Shown one piece after another: positions 1 to 14,100 of a stretch of DNA of 64,000 nt (its first letter is position 1; each line of letters starts with the position of its first letter). This stretch comes from the human T2T-CHM13v2.0 reference genome, Homo sapiens. A program made the translations under genes and the position numbers. The DNA is taken from the NCBI RefSeq assembly GCF_009914755.1, contig NC_060948.1; one strand, given 5' to 3'. The notes beneath the pieces were generated by a model that was given only the letters and a program-made list of their open reading frames with translations, searched no databases and was not told the DNA's origin.

Positions 1-503
1 AATGGAAAGTAATCCAATGGAATAGAATCTAATGCAATAAAATCGACTCAGATAGAGTAGAATGTAATGGAATGGAGTGCAGTGCAATGGAATGGAATGG
101 AATGCAATGGAATGGAATGGAATGGAATGGAATGGAATGGAATGAAATGGAATGGGATGGAATGGTATGGAATGGATAGTAATGGACTGGAGTGAAATGG
201 ACTGGAAAGGAATGGACTCAAATTGAAAGGGCTCGAAAGGAATGGAGTCAAATGGAATGGTCTGGAATGGAATGAACACGAATGTAATGCAACCCAATAG
301 AATGGAATCGAATGGCATGGAATAGAAAGAAATGGAATCGAAGAGAATGGAAACAAATGGAATGGAATTGAATGGAATGGGAACGAATGGAGTGAAATTG
401 TATGCAGTAGAAGAGAATAGAATGGAATGCAAGCGAAAGGAAAGGAATGGATTGGAATGGAATGGAATTCATTGGAATGGAAGGGAATGTAGTGTAATGG
501 ACA
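1..503 (+). repeat. Partial DYZ1 unit U0 (distal end)
   Basis: Matches 3559-4061 of U1 (AAATCGACTCAGATAGAG, GCAACCCAATAG, GAATTC at 465). Confidence 0.9.
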
Positions 504-521
504 GGCCTGGAATAAAGTGGA
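368..521. other. Target of DYZ1 Y-repeat sexing PCR primers (Y1.2/Y1.1), 154-bp span, repeated in each unit
   Basis: 368-390 is TTGAATGGAATGGGAACGAATGG. 499-521 is GGACAGGCCTGGAATAAAGTGGA, the reverse complement of TCCACTTTATTCCAGGCCTGTCC. Primer identities are from memory and were not checked against a database. Confidence 0.75.
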
Positions 522-525
522 ATGC

Positions 526-760
526 TACGGTCTCGAATGGAATAAAAATGTATGGAATGGAATGCAATGAAACGGAATCGAATGTCATAGAATGTAATGG
601 AATGCAAAAAAATGGAATCCAAAATCATTGACTGGAAAGGCTGGGTGTCGAAAGGAATTGACTCCAATGGAATGGAATCGAATGGAATGGAAGTGAATAG
701 AATCGAACTAAATCGAATGGAATGGAATTGATAGGAACGGAATGGAAAGGAATGCAATGA
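526..760. other. Probable sY160 (Yq12 STS) amplicon region, repeated in each unit
   Basis: TACGGTCTCGAATGGAATA at 526 and AATGGAAAGGAATGCAATGA at 741-760 resemble the sY160 primers as I recall them; span 235 bp. Confidence 0.55.
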
Positions 761-878
761 TTTGGCATGGAATGGAATCGAATGGCATCGAATGGAATGG
801 AATGGAATGCAATGGAATGGAATGTATTAGAATGTAATGAACTTTAATGGAATGTACTCGAATGGATTCGACTGGAAT

Positions 879-893
879 GGAATGTTCTGGAAG
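879..893. promoter_or_regulatory. Consensus heat-shock element HSE-1 (gGAAt gTTCt gGAAg), one per unit
   Basis: Exact nGAAnnTTCnnGAAn. Copies start at 879, 4437, 7995, 11553, 15132, 18671, 22235, 25779, 29276, 32835, 36403, 39942, 43486, 47034, 50602, 54171, 57734, 61301 (18/18 intact). Motif match is direct; binding is inferred. Confidence 0.6.
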
Positions 894-1158
894 TGAATGG
901 ACTCCAATGGAATGGATTCAAAAGGAATGGAATCGTACGGAATGGAATCTAATGGAATGCAATTAAATGGAAATGAATCAAATTGAATAGCACGGAATTG
1001 AATTGAATGGAATGGAATGCAATGGAATCTAATGAAACGGAAAGGAAAGGAATGGAATGGAATGGAATGGGCTGGAATGGAAAGGAATCGAAACGAATGG
1101 AATGGAATCGAACTGAAGAGACTGGAATGGAATGCACTGGAATGGAAGGGAGTGTAAT

Positions 1159-1173
1159 GGAAGGTTCTCGAAA
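1159..1173. promoter_or_regulatory. Consensus heat-shock element HSE-2 (gGAAg gTTCt cGAAa), one per unit
   Basis: Exact nGAAnnTTCnnGAAn. Copies start at 1159, 4717, 8275, 11833, 15412, 18951, 22515, 26059, 29561, 33115, 36683, 40222, 43765, 47313, 50882, 54451, 58014, 61581 (18/18 intact). Confidence 0.6.
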
Positions 1174-2193
1174 AAAATGGAATCGAATGGAATGGAATTG
1201 AATGGAACGGAATAGAGTCGAATGGAATTGAATGGAATGGAATGGACTAGAGTGAAATGGAATCGAACCACAAGGAATGGACAGGAATAGAATGGTCTCG
1301 AATTGAATGGAATCGTATGGAATGGCATCAAACGGAATGGAATGGACAGCCACGGAATGGAATGCACTCGAATGCAATGGAGTCGAAACTAACGGACTGG
1401 AATAGAATGGACTCGACTGGTACGGACTCCAATGGAATGGAATCGAATGGAAGGGAATCGAACGGAAGGGAATCGAACGGAATGGACTCGAAGGGAAAAG
1501 ACTGCAATGGAAAGGTCTCGAATGGAATGGAAATTAATGGAATGGAATGGAATCGAATGAAATGGAATCAAAAGGAATGGAATCGAATGGCAAGAAATCG
1601 AATGTAATGGAATCGCCAGGAATTGATGTGAACGGAACGGAATGGAATGGAATCCAAAGGAATGGAATAGAATGGAATGGAATCGAATGGAAAGGACTCG
1701 AATGGAAATCACTCGAATAGAATGCAATTTAATAAAATAGGATCAAATGTAATGGAATGGAATGGAAAGGAATCGAAACGAAAGGAATGGAGACAGATGG
1801 AATGGAATGGAACAGAGAGCAATGGTATAGAATGGAATGGAATCATCTGGAATGGAATTGAATGGAATGGAATGATATGAAATGGAATGGAATGGAATGG
1901 AATGGAATGGAATGCCCTTGAATTAAATGGACTGGACTCGAACAGAGTGGAATGGAAAGTGTGGAGATAGAATGGAATGAACTCCTTTGGGATGGTCTAG
2001 TAGGCAATGCAATCGACTGGCAGGGAATCAAAAGGAATGTAATCGAATGGATTGGACTGGAATGCAATGGACTCGAATAGATTGGAAACGGAATGCAAAG
2101 AATGGAATGGAATAGTATGGAATGGAATGGAAAGGAATGGAGTGGAATAGACTAGAGTGGAATGGAATGGACTGGAAAGCAATGGACTGGAAT

Positions 2194-2208
2194 GGAACTT
2201 TCTTGAAT
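2194..2208. promoter_or_regulatory. Consensus heat-shock element HSE-3 (gGAAc tTTCt tGAAt), polymorphic
   Basis: Intact at 2194, 9305, 19967, 23536, 27074, 30587, 34141, 37709, 41238, 44791, 55491, 59040, 62607. Disrupted at 5747 and 12874 (TTC>TTG) and at 16428, 48344, 51913 (last GAA>GGA). Confidence 0.5.
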
Positions 2209-3643
2209 GGACTGGAATCAAACGGAATGGAATGCAATGCAATCAAATGGCATGGAATAAAATATAATGAAAGAGAATCAAATGGAATTGAATCGAATGG
2301 AATCGAATGGATTGGAAAGGAATAGAATGGAATGGAATGGAATTGACTCAAATGGAATGGACTAGAATGGAATGGATTCGAATGGAAGGCAAAGGAATGG
2401 AATCTATTGGAATGGACTGTAATGGAATGGAATGGAAGGGATTGGAATGGACTCGAATGGAATGGACTGCAATAGAAAGGATTCGAATGGAATGAAAAAG
2501 AATTGAATGGAATAGAACAGAATGGAATCAAATCGAATGAAATGGAATGGAATAGAAAGGAATGGAATGAAATGGAATGGAAAGGATTCGAATGGAATGC
2601 AATCGAATGGAATGGAATCGAACGGAATGGAATAAAATGGAAGAAAACTGGCAAGAAATGGAATCGAAATGAATGGAGTGTTATGGAACGGACTCAAAAG
2701 GAATTGAATGTAATAGAATGGAGTGGAGTGGACTCGAATATAATGGACTGGAATGGAATGAAATCACATGGAATGGGAACGAATGGAATGGAATGGAAAG
2801 GAATGGAATCGAATGGAAAGGAATCGAATGGAAGGGAATGAAATTGAATCAACAGGAATGGAAGGGAATAGAATAGACGGTAATGGAATGGACTCGAATA
2901 GAATGGACACGAATGCTCAAATTGAATGGACTCGAATGGAATGGAAACGAAAGGAATGTCATCGAATGGAATTGAATCGATTGGAATGAAATCGCATAGA
3001 ATGGAGTGGAATCAAATGGAATTGAATCGAAAGGAAAGGAAGCGAATGGACTGAAATGAAATGGAATGGAATTGAATGGAAAGTAATGCAATGGAATAGA
3101 ATGGAACGAAATTTCACGGAATGGAATCAAACTGAATGGAATCAAATCAATGGAATCAAATCAAATGGAATGGAAAGGAATTGAATGGAGTAGATGGGAT
3201 TGGATGGGATTGGAATGAAATGTACTGGAAAGGACTCGAATTTCATGAAACGGAATGGAATGAATTGGAACGGAATGGACTCGAATGGAATGGAATGTCA
3301 TGGGATGGCATCAAATGGAATGGCATCAAATGGAATGGAATCGAATGCAATGGAATGCTATGGAATGGAATGGAATGCATTGGAATGGAATGTCCTCTAA
3401 TGGAATGGATTCGAGTGGAATGGAATTGAATATAATGGAGTCGAATGAAATGGAATTGAAAGGAATGGGATCGAATACAATGGAATATACTGGAATGTAA
3501 CGTAATGAACTCGAATGTAATTGACTGGAATGGAATGTACATGAATGGAATGTAATCGAATGGAAAGTAATCCAATGGAATAGAATCTAATGCAATAAAA
3601 TCGACTCAGATAGAGTAGAATGTAATGGAATGGAGTGCAGTGC

Positions 3644-3713
3644 AATGGAATGGAATGGAATGGAATGCAATGGAATGGAATGGAATGGAATGGAATGGAA
3701 TGGAATGGAATGG
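3644..3713 (+). repeat. Near-pure (AATGG)n hypervariable tract within each unit (example in U1)
   Basis: Lies between GTGCAGTGC and GATGG; 14 pentamers here, 7-17 across units. Confidence 0.85.
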
Positions 3714-4061
3714 GATGGAATGGTATGGAATGGATAGTAATGGACTGGAGTGAAATGGACTGGAAAGGAATGGACTCAAATTGAAAGGGCTCGAAAGGAA
3801 TGGAGTCAAATGGAATGGTCTGGAATGGAATGAACACGAATGTAATGCAACCCAATAGAATGGAATCGAATGGCATGGAATAGAAAGAAATGGAATCGAA
3901 GAGAATGGAAACAAATGGAATGGAATTGAATGGAATGGGAACGAATGGAGTGAAATTGTATGCAGTAGAAGAGAATAGAATGGAATGCAAGCGAAAGGAA
4001 AGGAATGGATTGGAATGGAATGGAATTCATTGGAATGGAAGGGAATGTAGTGTAATGGACA

Positions 4062-7000
4062 GGCCTGGAATAAAGTGGAATGCTACGGTCTCGAATGGAA
4101 TAAAAATGTATGGAATGGAATGCAATGAAACGGAATCGAATGTCATAGAATGTAATGGAATGCAAAAAAATGGAATCCAAAATCATTGACTGGAAAGGCT
4201 GGGTGTCGAAAGGAATTGACTCCAATGGAATGGAATCGAATGGAATGGAAGTGAATAGAATCGAACTAAATCGAATGGAATGGAATTGATAGGAACGGAA
4301 TGGAAAGGAATGCAATGATTTGGCATGGAATGGAATCGAATGGCATCGAATGGAATGGAATGGAATGCAATGGAATGGAATGTATTAGAATGTAATGAAC
4401 TTTAATGGAATGTACTCGAATGGATTCGACTGGAATGGAATGTTCTGGAAGTGAATGGACTCCAATGGAATGGATTCAAAAGGAATGGAATCGTACGGAA
4501 TGGAATCTAATGGAATGCAATTAAATGGAAATGAATCAAATTGAATAGCACGGAATTGAATTGAATGGAATGGAATGCAATGGAATCTAATGAAACGGAA
4601 AGGAAAGGAATGGAATGGAATGGAATGGGCTGGAATGGAAAGGAATCGAAACGAATGGAATGGAATCGAACTGAAGAGACTGGAATGGAATGCACTGGAA
4701 TGGAAGGGAGTGTAATGGAAGGTTCTCGAAAAAAATGGAATCGAATGGAATGCAATTGAATGGAACGGAATAGAGTCGAATGGAATTGAATGGAATGGAA
4801 TGGACTAGAGTGAAATGGAATCGAACCACAAGGAATGGACAGGAATAGAATGGTCTCGAATTGAATGGAATCGTATGGAATGGCATCAAACGGAATGGAA
4901 TGGACAGCCACGGAATGGAATGCACTCGAATGCAATGGAGTCGAAACTAACGGACTGGAATAGAATGGACTCGACTGGTACGGACTCCAATGGAATGGAA
5001 TCGAATGGAAGGGAATCGAACGGAAGGGAATCGAACGGAATGGACTCGAAGGGAAAAGACTGCAATGGAAAGGTCTCGAATGGAATGGAAATTAATGGAA
5101 TGGAATGGAATCGAATGAAATGGAGTCAAAAGGAATGGAATCGAATGGCAAGAAATCGAATGTAATGGAATCGCAAGGAATTGATGTGAACGGAACGGAA
5201 TGGAATGGAATCCAAAGGAATGGAATAGAATGGAATGGAATCGAATGGAAAGGACTCGAATGGAAATCACTCGAATAGAATGCAATTTAATAAAATAGGA
5301 TCAAATGTAATGGAATGGAATGGAAAGGAATCGAAACGAAAGGAATGGAGACAGATGGAATGGAATGGAACAGAGAGCAATGGTATAGAATGGAATGGAA
5401 TCATCTGGAATGGAATTGAATGGAATGGAATGATATGAAATGGAATGGAATGGAATTGAATGGAATGCCCTTGAATTAAATGGACTGGACTCGAACAGAG
5501 TGGAATGGAAAGTGTGGAGATAGAATGGAATGAACTCCTTTGGGATGGTCTAGTAGGCAATGCAATCGACTGGCAGGGAATCAAAAGGAATGTAATCGAA
5601 TGGATTGGACTGGAATGCAATGGACTCGAATAGATTGGAAACGGAATGCAAAGAATGGAATGGAATAGTATGGAATGGAATGGAAAGGAATGGAGTGGAA
5701 TAGACTAGAGTGGAATGGAATGGACTGGAAAGCAATGGACTGGAATGGAACTTTGTTGAATGGACTGGAATCAAACGGAATGGAATGCAATGCAATCAAA
5801 TGGCATGGAATAAAATAGAATGAAAGAGAATCAAATGGAATTGAATCGAATGGAATCGAATGGATTGGAAAGGAATAGAATGGAATGGAATGGAATTGAC
5901 TCAAATGGAATGGACTAGAATGGAATGGATTCGAATGGAAGGCAAAGGAATGGAATCTATTGGAATGGACTGTAATGGAATGGAATGGAAGGGATTGGAA
6001 TGGACTCGAATGGAATGGACTGCAATAGAAAGGATTCGAATGGAATGAAAAAGAATTGAATGGAATAGAACAGAATGGAATCAAATCGAATGAAATGGAA
6101 TGGAATAGAAAGGAATGTAATGAAATGGAATGGAAAGGATTCGAATGGAATGCAATCGAATGGAATGGAATCGAACGGAATGGAATAAAATGGAAGAAAA
6201 CTGGCAAGAAATGGAATCGAAATGAATGGAGTGTTATGGAACGGACTCAAAAGGAATTGAATGTAATAGAATGGAGTGGAGTGGACTCGAATATAATGGA
6301 CTGGAATGGAATGAAATCACATGGAATGGGAACGAATGGAATGGAATGGAAAGGAATGGAATCGAATGGAAAGGAATCGAATGGAAGGGAATGAAATTGA
6401 ATCAACAGGAATGGAAGGGAATAGAATAGACGGTAATGGAATGGACTCGAATAGAATGGACACGAATGCTCAAATTGAATGGACTCGAATGGAATGGAAA
6501 CGAAAGGAATGTCATCGAATGGAATTGAATCGATTGGAATGAAATCGCATAGAATGGAGTGGAATCAAATGGAATTGAATCGAAAGGAAAGGAAGCGAAT
6601 GGACTGAAATGAAATGGAATGGAATTGAATGGAAAGTAATGCAATGGAATAGAATGGAACGAAATTTCACGGAATGGAATCAAACTGAATGGAATCAAAT
6701 CAATGGAATCAAATCAAATGGAATGGAAAGGAATTGAATGGAGTAGATGGGATTGGATGGGATTGGAATGAAATGTACTGGAAAGGACTCGAATTTCATG
6801 AAACGGAATGGAATGAATTGGAACGGAATGGACTCGAATGGAATGGAATGTCATGGGATGGCATCAAATGGAATGGCATCAAATGGAATGGAATCGAATG
6901 CAATGGAATGCTATGGAATGGAATGGAATGCATTGGAATGGAATGTCCTCTAATGGAATGGATTCGAGTGGAATGGAATTGAATATAATGGAGTCGAATG

Positions 7001-7619
7001 AAATGGAATTGAAAGGAATGGGATCGAATACAATGGAATATACTGGAATGTAACGTAATGAACTCGAATGTAATTGACTGGAATGGAATGTACATGAATG
7101 GAATGTAATCGAATGGAAAGTAATCCAAAGGAATAGAATCTAATGCAATAAAATCGACTCAGATAGAGTAGAATGTAATGGAATGGAGTGCAGTGCAATG
7201 GAATGGAATGGAATGGAATGCAATGGAATGGAATGGAATGGAATGGAATGGAATGGGATGGAATGGTGTGGAATGGATAGTAATGGACTGGAGTGAAATG
7301 GACTGGAAAGGAATGGACTCAAATTGAAAGGTCTCGAAAGGAATGGAGTCAAATGGAATGGTCTGGAATGGAATGAACACGAATGTAATGCAACCCAATA
7401 GAATGGAATCGAATGGCATGGAATAGAAAGAAATGGAATCGAAGAGAATGGAAACAAATGGAATGGAATTGAATGGAATGGAATTGAATGGAATGGGAAC
7501 GAATGGAGTGAAATTGTATGCAGTAGAAGAGAATAGAATGGAATGCAAGCGAAAGGAAAGGAATGGATTGGAATGGAATGGAATTCATTGGAATGGAAGG
7601 GAATGTAGTGTAATGGACA
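4062..7619 (+). repeat. DYZ1 unit U2, 3558 bp, subfamily A
   Basis: GGCC-to-GGCC; same A markers as U1. Confidence 0.9.
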
Positions 7620-10600
7620 GGCCTGGAATAAAGTGGAATGCTACGGTCTCGAATGGAATAAAAATGTATGGAATGGAATGCAATGAAACGGAATCGAATG
7701 TCATAGAATGTAATGGAATGCAAAAAAATGGAATCCAAAATCATTGACTGGAAAGGCTGGGTGTCGAAAGGAATTGACTCCAATGGAATGGAATCGAATG
7801 GAATGGAAGTGAATAGAATCGAACTAAATCGAATGGAATGGAATTGATAGGAACGGAATGGAAAGGAATGCAATGATTTGGCATGGAATGGAATCGAATG
7901 GCATCGAATGGAATGGAATGGAATGCAATGGAATGGAATGTATTAGAATGTAATGAACTTTAATGGAATGTACTCGAATGGATTCGACTGGAATGGAATG
8001 TTCTGGAAGTGAATGGACTCCAATGGAATGGATTCAAAAGGAATGGAATCGTACGGAATGGAATCTAATGGAATGCAATTAAATGGAAATGAATCAAATT
8101 GAATAGCACGGAATTGAATTGAATGGAATGGAATGCAATGGAATCTAATGAAACGGAAAGGAAAGGAATGGAATGGAATGGAATGGGCTGGAATGGAAAG
8201 GAATCGAAACGAATGGAATGGAATCGAACTGAAGAGACTGGAATGGAATGCACTGGAATGGAAGGGAGTGTAATGGAAGGTTCTCGAAAAAAATGGAATC
8301 GAATGGAATGCAATTGAATGGAACGGAATAGATTCGAATGGAATTGAATGGAATGGAATGGACTAGAGTGTAATGGAATCGAACCACAAGGAATGGACAG
8401 GAATAGAATGGTCTCGAATTGAATGGAATCGTATGGAATGGCATCAAACGGAATGGAATGGACAGCCACGGAATGGAATGCACTCGAATGCAATGGAGTC
8501 GAAACTAACGGACTGGAATAGAATGGACTCGACTGGTACGGACTCCAATGGAATGGAATCGAATGGAAGGGAATCGAACGGAAGGGAATCGAACGGAATG
8601 GACTCGAAGGGAAAAGACTGCAATGGAAAGGTCTCGAATGGAATGGAAATTAATGGAATGGAATGGAATCGAATGAAATGGAGTCAAAAGGAATGGAATC
8701 GAATGGCAAGAAATCGAATGTAATGGAATCGCAAGGAATTGATGTGAACGGAACGGAATGGAATGGAATCCAAAGGAATGGAATAGAATGGAATGGAATC
8801 GAATGGAAAGGACTCGAATGGAAATCATTCGAATAGAATGCAATTTAATAAAATAGGATCAAATGTAATGGAATGGAATGGAAAGGAATCGAAACGAAAG
8901 GAATGGAGACAGATGGAATGGAATGGAACAGAGAGCAATGGTATAGAATGGAATGGAATCATCTGGAATGGAATTGAATGGAATGGAATGATATGAAATG
9001 GAATGGAATGGAATGGAATGGAATGCCCTTGAATTAAATGGACTGGACTCGAACAGAGTGGAATGGAAAGTGTGGAGATAGAATGGAATGAACTCCTTTG
9101 GAATGGTCTAGTAGGCAATGCAATCGACTGGCAGGGAATCAAAAGGAATGTAATCGAATGGATTGGACTGGAATGCAATGGACTCGAATAGATTGGAAAC
9201 GGAATGCAAAGAATGGAATGGAATAGTATGGAATGGAATGGAAAGGAATGGAGTGGAATAGACTAGAGTGGAATGGAATGGACTGGAAAGCAATGGACTG
9301 GAATGGAACTTTCTTGAATGGACTGGAATCAAACGGAATGGAATGCAATGCAATCAAATGGCATGGAATAAAATAGAATGAAAGAGAATCAAATGGAATT
9401 GAATCGAATGGAATCGAATGGATTGGAAAGGAATAGAATGGAATGGAATGGAATTGACTCAAATGGAATGGACTAGAATGGAATGGATTCGAATGGAAGG
9501 CAAAGGAATGGAATCTATTGGAATGGACTGTAATGGAATGGAATGGAAGGGATTGGAATGGACTCGAATGGAATGGACTGCAATAGAAAGGATTCGAATG
9601 GAATGAAAAAGAATTGAATGGAATAGAACAGAATGGAATCAAATCGAATGAAATGGAATGGAATAGAAAGGAATGTAATGAAATGGAATGGAAAGGATTC
9701 GAATGGAATGCAATCGAATGGAATGGAATCGAACGGAATGGAATAAAATGGAAGAAAACTGGCAAGAAATGGAATCGAAATGAATGGAGTGTTATGGAAC
9801 GGACTCAAAAGGAATTGAATGTAATAGAATGGAGTGGAGTGGACTCGAATATAATGGACTGGAATGGAATGAAATCACATGGAATGGGAACGAATGGAAT
9901 GGAATGGAAAGGAATGGAATCGAATGGAAAGGAATCGAATGGAAGGGAATGAAATTGAATCAACAGGAATGGAAGGGAATAGAATAGACGGTAATGGAAT
10001 GGACTCGAATAGAATGGACACGAATGCTCAAATTGAATGGACTCGAATGGAATGGAAACGAAAGGAATGTCATCGAATGGAATTGAATCGATTGGAATGA
10101 AATCGCATAGAATGGAGTGGAATCAAATGGAATTGAATCGAAAGGAAAGGAAGCGAATGGACTGAAATGAAATGGAATGGAATTGAATGGAAAGTAATGC
10201 AATGGAATAGAATGGAACGAAATTTCACGGAATGGAATCAAACTGAATGGAATCAAATCAATGGAATCAAATCAAATGGAATGGAAAGGAATTGAATGGA
10301 GTAGATGGGATTGGATGGGATTGGAATGAAATGTACTGGAAAGGACTCGAATTTCATGAAACGGAATGGAATGAATTGGAACGGAATGGACTCGAATGGA
10401 ATGGAATGTCATGGGATGGCATCAAATGGAATGGCATCAAATGGAATGGAATCGAATGCAATGGAATGCTATGGAATGGAATGGAATGCATTGGAATGGA
10501 ATGTCCTCTAATGGAATGGATTCGAGTGGAATGGAATTGAATATAATGGAGTCGAATGAAATGGAATTGAAAGGAATGGGATCGAATACAATGGAATATA

Positions 10601-11177
10601 CTGGAATGTAACGTAATGAACTCGAATGTAATTGACTGGAATGGAATGTACATGAATGGAATGTAATCGAATGGAAAGTAATCCAATGGAATAGAATCTA
10701 ATGCAATAAAATCGACTCAGATAGAGTAGAATGTAATGGAATGGAGTGCAGTGCAATGGAATGGAATGGAATGGAATGCAATGGAATGGAATGGAATGGA
10801 ATGGAATGGAATGGAATGGAATGGAATGGGATGGAATGGTATGGAATGGATAGTAATGGACTGGAGTGAAATGGACTGGAAAGGAATGGACTCAAATTGA
10901 AAGGGCTCGAAAGGAATGGAGTCAAATGGAATGGTCTGGAATGGAATGAACACGAATGTAATGCAACCCAATAGAATGGAATCGAATGGCATGGAATAGA
11001 AAGAAATGGAATCGAAGAGAATGGAAACAAATGGAATGGAATTGAATGGAATGGGAACGAATGGAGTGAAATTGTATGCAGTAGAAGAGAATAGAATGGA
11101 ATGCAAGCGAAAGGAAAGGAATGGATTGGAATGGAATGGAATTCATTGGAATGGAAGGGAATGTAGTGTAATGGACA
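7620..11177 (+). repeat. DYZ1 unit U3, 3558 bp, subfamily A
   Basis: GGCC-to-GGCC; same A markers as U1. Confidence 0.9.
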
Positions 11178-14100
11178 GGCCTGGAATAAAGTGGAATGCT
11201 ACGGTCTCGAATGGAATAAAAATGTATGGAATGGAATGCAATGAAACGGAATCGAATGTCATAGAATGTAATGGAATGCAAAAAAATGGAATCCAAAATC
11301 ATTGACTGGAAAGGCTGGGTGTCGAAAGGAATTGACTCCAATGGAATGGAATCGAATGGAATGGAAGTGAATAGAATCGAACTAAATCGAATGGAATGGA
11401 ATTGATAAGAATGGAATGGAAAGGAATGCAATGATTTGGCATGGAATGGAATCGAATGGCATCGAATGGAATGGAATGGAATGCAATGGAATGGAATGTA
11501 TTAGAATGTAATGAACTTTAATGGAATGTACTCGAATGGATTCGACTGGAATGGAATGTTCTGGAAGTGAATGGACTCCAATGGAATGGATTCAAAAGGA
11601 ATGGAATCGTACGGAATGGAATCTAATGGAATGGAATTAAATGGAAATGAATCAAATTGAATAGCACGGAATTGAATTGAATGGAATGGAATGCAATGGA
11701 ATCTAATGAAACGGAAAGGAAAGGAATGGAATGGAATGGAATGGGCTGGAATGGAAAGGAATCGAAACGAATGGAATGGAATCGAAGTGAAGAGACTGGA
11801 ATGGAATGCACTGGAATGGAAGGGAGTGTAATGGAAGGTTCTCGAAAAAAATGGAATCGAATGGAATGGAATTGAATGGAAGGGAATAGAGTCGAATGGA
11901 ATTGAATGGAATGGAATGGACTAGAGTGAAATGGAATCGAACCACAAGGAATGGACAGGAATAGAATGGTCTCGAATTGAATGGAATCGTATGGAATGGC
12001 ATCAAACGGAATGGAATGGACAGCCACGGAATGGAATGCACTCGAATGCAATGGAGTCGAAACTAACGGACTGGAATAGAATGGACTCGACTGGTACGGA
12101 CTCCAATGGAATGGAATCGAATGGAAGGGAATCGAACGGAAGGGAATCGAACAGAATGGACTCGAAGGGAAAAGACTGCAATGGAAAGGTCTCGAATGGA
12201 ATGGAAATTAATGGAATGGAATGGAATCGAATGAAATGGAGTCAAAAGGAATGGAATCGAATGGCAATAAATCGAATGTAATGGAATCGCAAGGATTTGA
12301 TGTGAACGGAACGGAATGGAATGGAATCCAAAGGAATGGAATAGAATGGAATGGAATCGAATGGAAAGGACTCGAATGGAAATCACTCGAATAGAATGCA
12401 ATTTAATAAAATAGGATCAAATGTAATGGAATGGAATGGAAAGGAATAGAAACGAAAGGAATGGAGACAGATGGAATGGAATAGAACAGAGAGCAATGGT
12501 ATAGAATGGAATGGAATCATCTGGAATGGAATTGAATGGAATGGAATAATATGAAATGGAATGGAATGGAATGGAATGGAATGCCCTTGAATTAAAAGGA
12601 CTGGAATGGAATGGACTCGAACAGAGTGGAATGGAAAGTGTTGAGATAGAATGGAATGGACTCCTTTGGAATGGTCTAGTATGCAATGCAATCGACTGGC
12701 AGGGAATCAAAAGGAATGTAATGGAATGGATTGGACTGGAATCCAATGGACTCGAATAGATTGGAAACGGAATGCAAAGGAATGGAATGGAATAGTATGG
12801 AATGGAATGGAAAGGAATGGAGTGGAATAGACTAGAGTGGAAAGGAATGGACTGGAAAGCAATGGACTGGAATGGAACTTTGTTGAATGGACTGGAATCA
12901 AACGGAATGGAATGCAATGCAATCAAATGGCATGGAATAAAATAGAATGAAAGAGAATCAAATGGAATTGAATCGAATGGAATCGAATGGATTGGAAAGG
13001 AATAGAATGGAATGGAATGGAATTGACTCAAATGGAATGGACTAGAATGGAATGGATTCGAATGGAAGGCAAAGGAATGGAATCTATTGGAATGGACTGT
13101 AATGGAATGGAATGGAAGGGATTGGAATGGACTCGAATGGAATGGACTGCAATAGAAAGGATTCGAATGGAATGAAAAAGAATTGAATGGAATAGTACAG
13201 AATGGAATCAAATCGAATGAAATGGAATGGAATAGAAAGGAATGGAATGAAATGGAATGGAAAGGATTCGAATGGAATGCAATCGAATGGAATGGAATCG
13301 AACGGAATGGAATAAAATGGAAGAAAACTGGCAAGAAATGGAATCGAAATGAATGGAGTGTTATGGAACGGACTCAAAAGGAATTGAATGTAATAGAATG
13401 GAGTGGAGTGGACTCGAATATAATGGACTGGAATGGAGTGAAATCACATGGAATGGGAACGAATGGAATGGAATGGAAAGGAATGGAATCGAATGGAAAG
13501 GAATCGAATGGAAGGGAATGAAATTGAATCAACAGGAATGGGAGGGAATAGAATAGATTGTAATGGAATGGACTCGAATAGAATGGACACGAATGCTCAA
13601 ATTAAATGGACTCGAATGGAATGGAAACGAAAGGAATGTCATCGAATGGAATTGAATCGATTGGAATGAAATCGCATAGAATGGAGTGGAATCAAATGGA
13701 ATTGAATCGAAAGGAAAGGAAGCGAATGGACTGAAATGAAATGGAATGGAATTGAATGGAAAGTAATGCAATGGAATAGAGTGGAACGAAATTTCACGGA
13801 ATGGAATCAAACTGAATGGAGTCAAATCAATGGAATCAAATCAAATGGAATGGAAAGGAATTGAATGGAGTAGATGGGATTGGATGGGATTGGAATGAAA
13901 TGTACTGGAAAGGACTCGAATTTCATGAAACGGAATGGAATGAATTGGAACGGAATGGACTCGAATGGAATGGAATGTCATGGAATGGCATCAAATGGAA
14001 TGGCATCAAATGGAATGGAATCGAATGCAATGGAATGCTATGGAATGGAATGGAATGCATTGGAATGGAATGTCCTCTAATGGAATGGATTCGAGTGGAA

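Larger units (their letters stand above)
504..4061 (+). repeat. DYZ1 unit U1, 3558 bp, subfamily A
   Basis: GGCC-to-GGCC. A markers: 15-bp GAACGGAAGGGAATC duplication ~1455, TAGTAGGC ~2000, GCAAAGAAT 1-bp deletion ~2100, TCATGGGATGG ~3300. Confidence 0.9.

Noticed and set aside
36-2636. Multiple AATAAA hexamers per unit (36, 511, 541, 1731, 2256, 2631) as poly(A) signals
   Set aside because: They arise simply from AATGG>AATAA followed by A, and there is no clear GU-rich downstream element. Transcript data would be needed.
3238-3250. GAATTTCATGAAA as another HSE
   Set aside because: GAA-TTC spacing is 1 rather than 2 nt, so only a two-pentamer TTCnnGAA is present.
2975-3485. Single ATCGAT (CUX-like), AAATCAAT (ONECUT-like) and ACAATGG (SOX-like) matches per unit
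   Set aside because: These short motifs are one or two substitutions from the pentamer background and are expected by chance.
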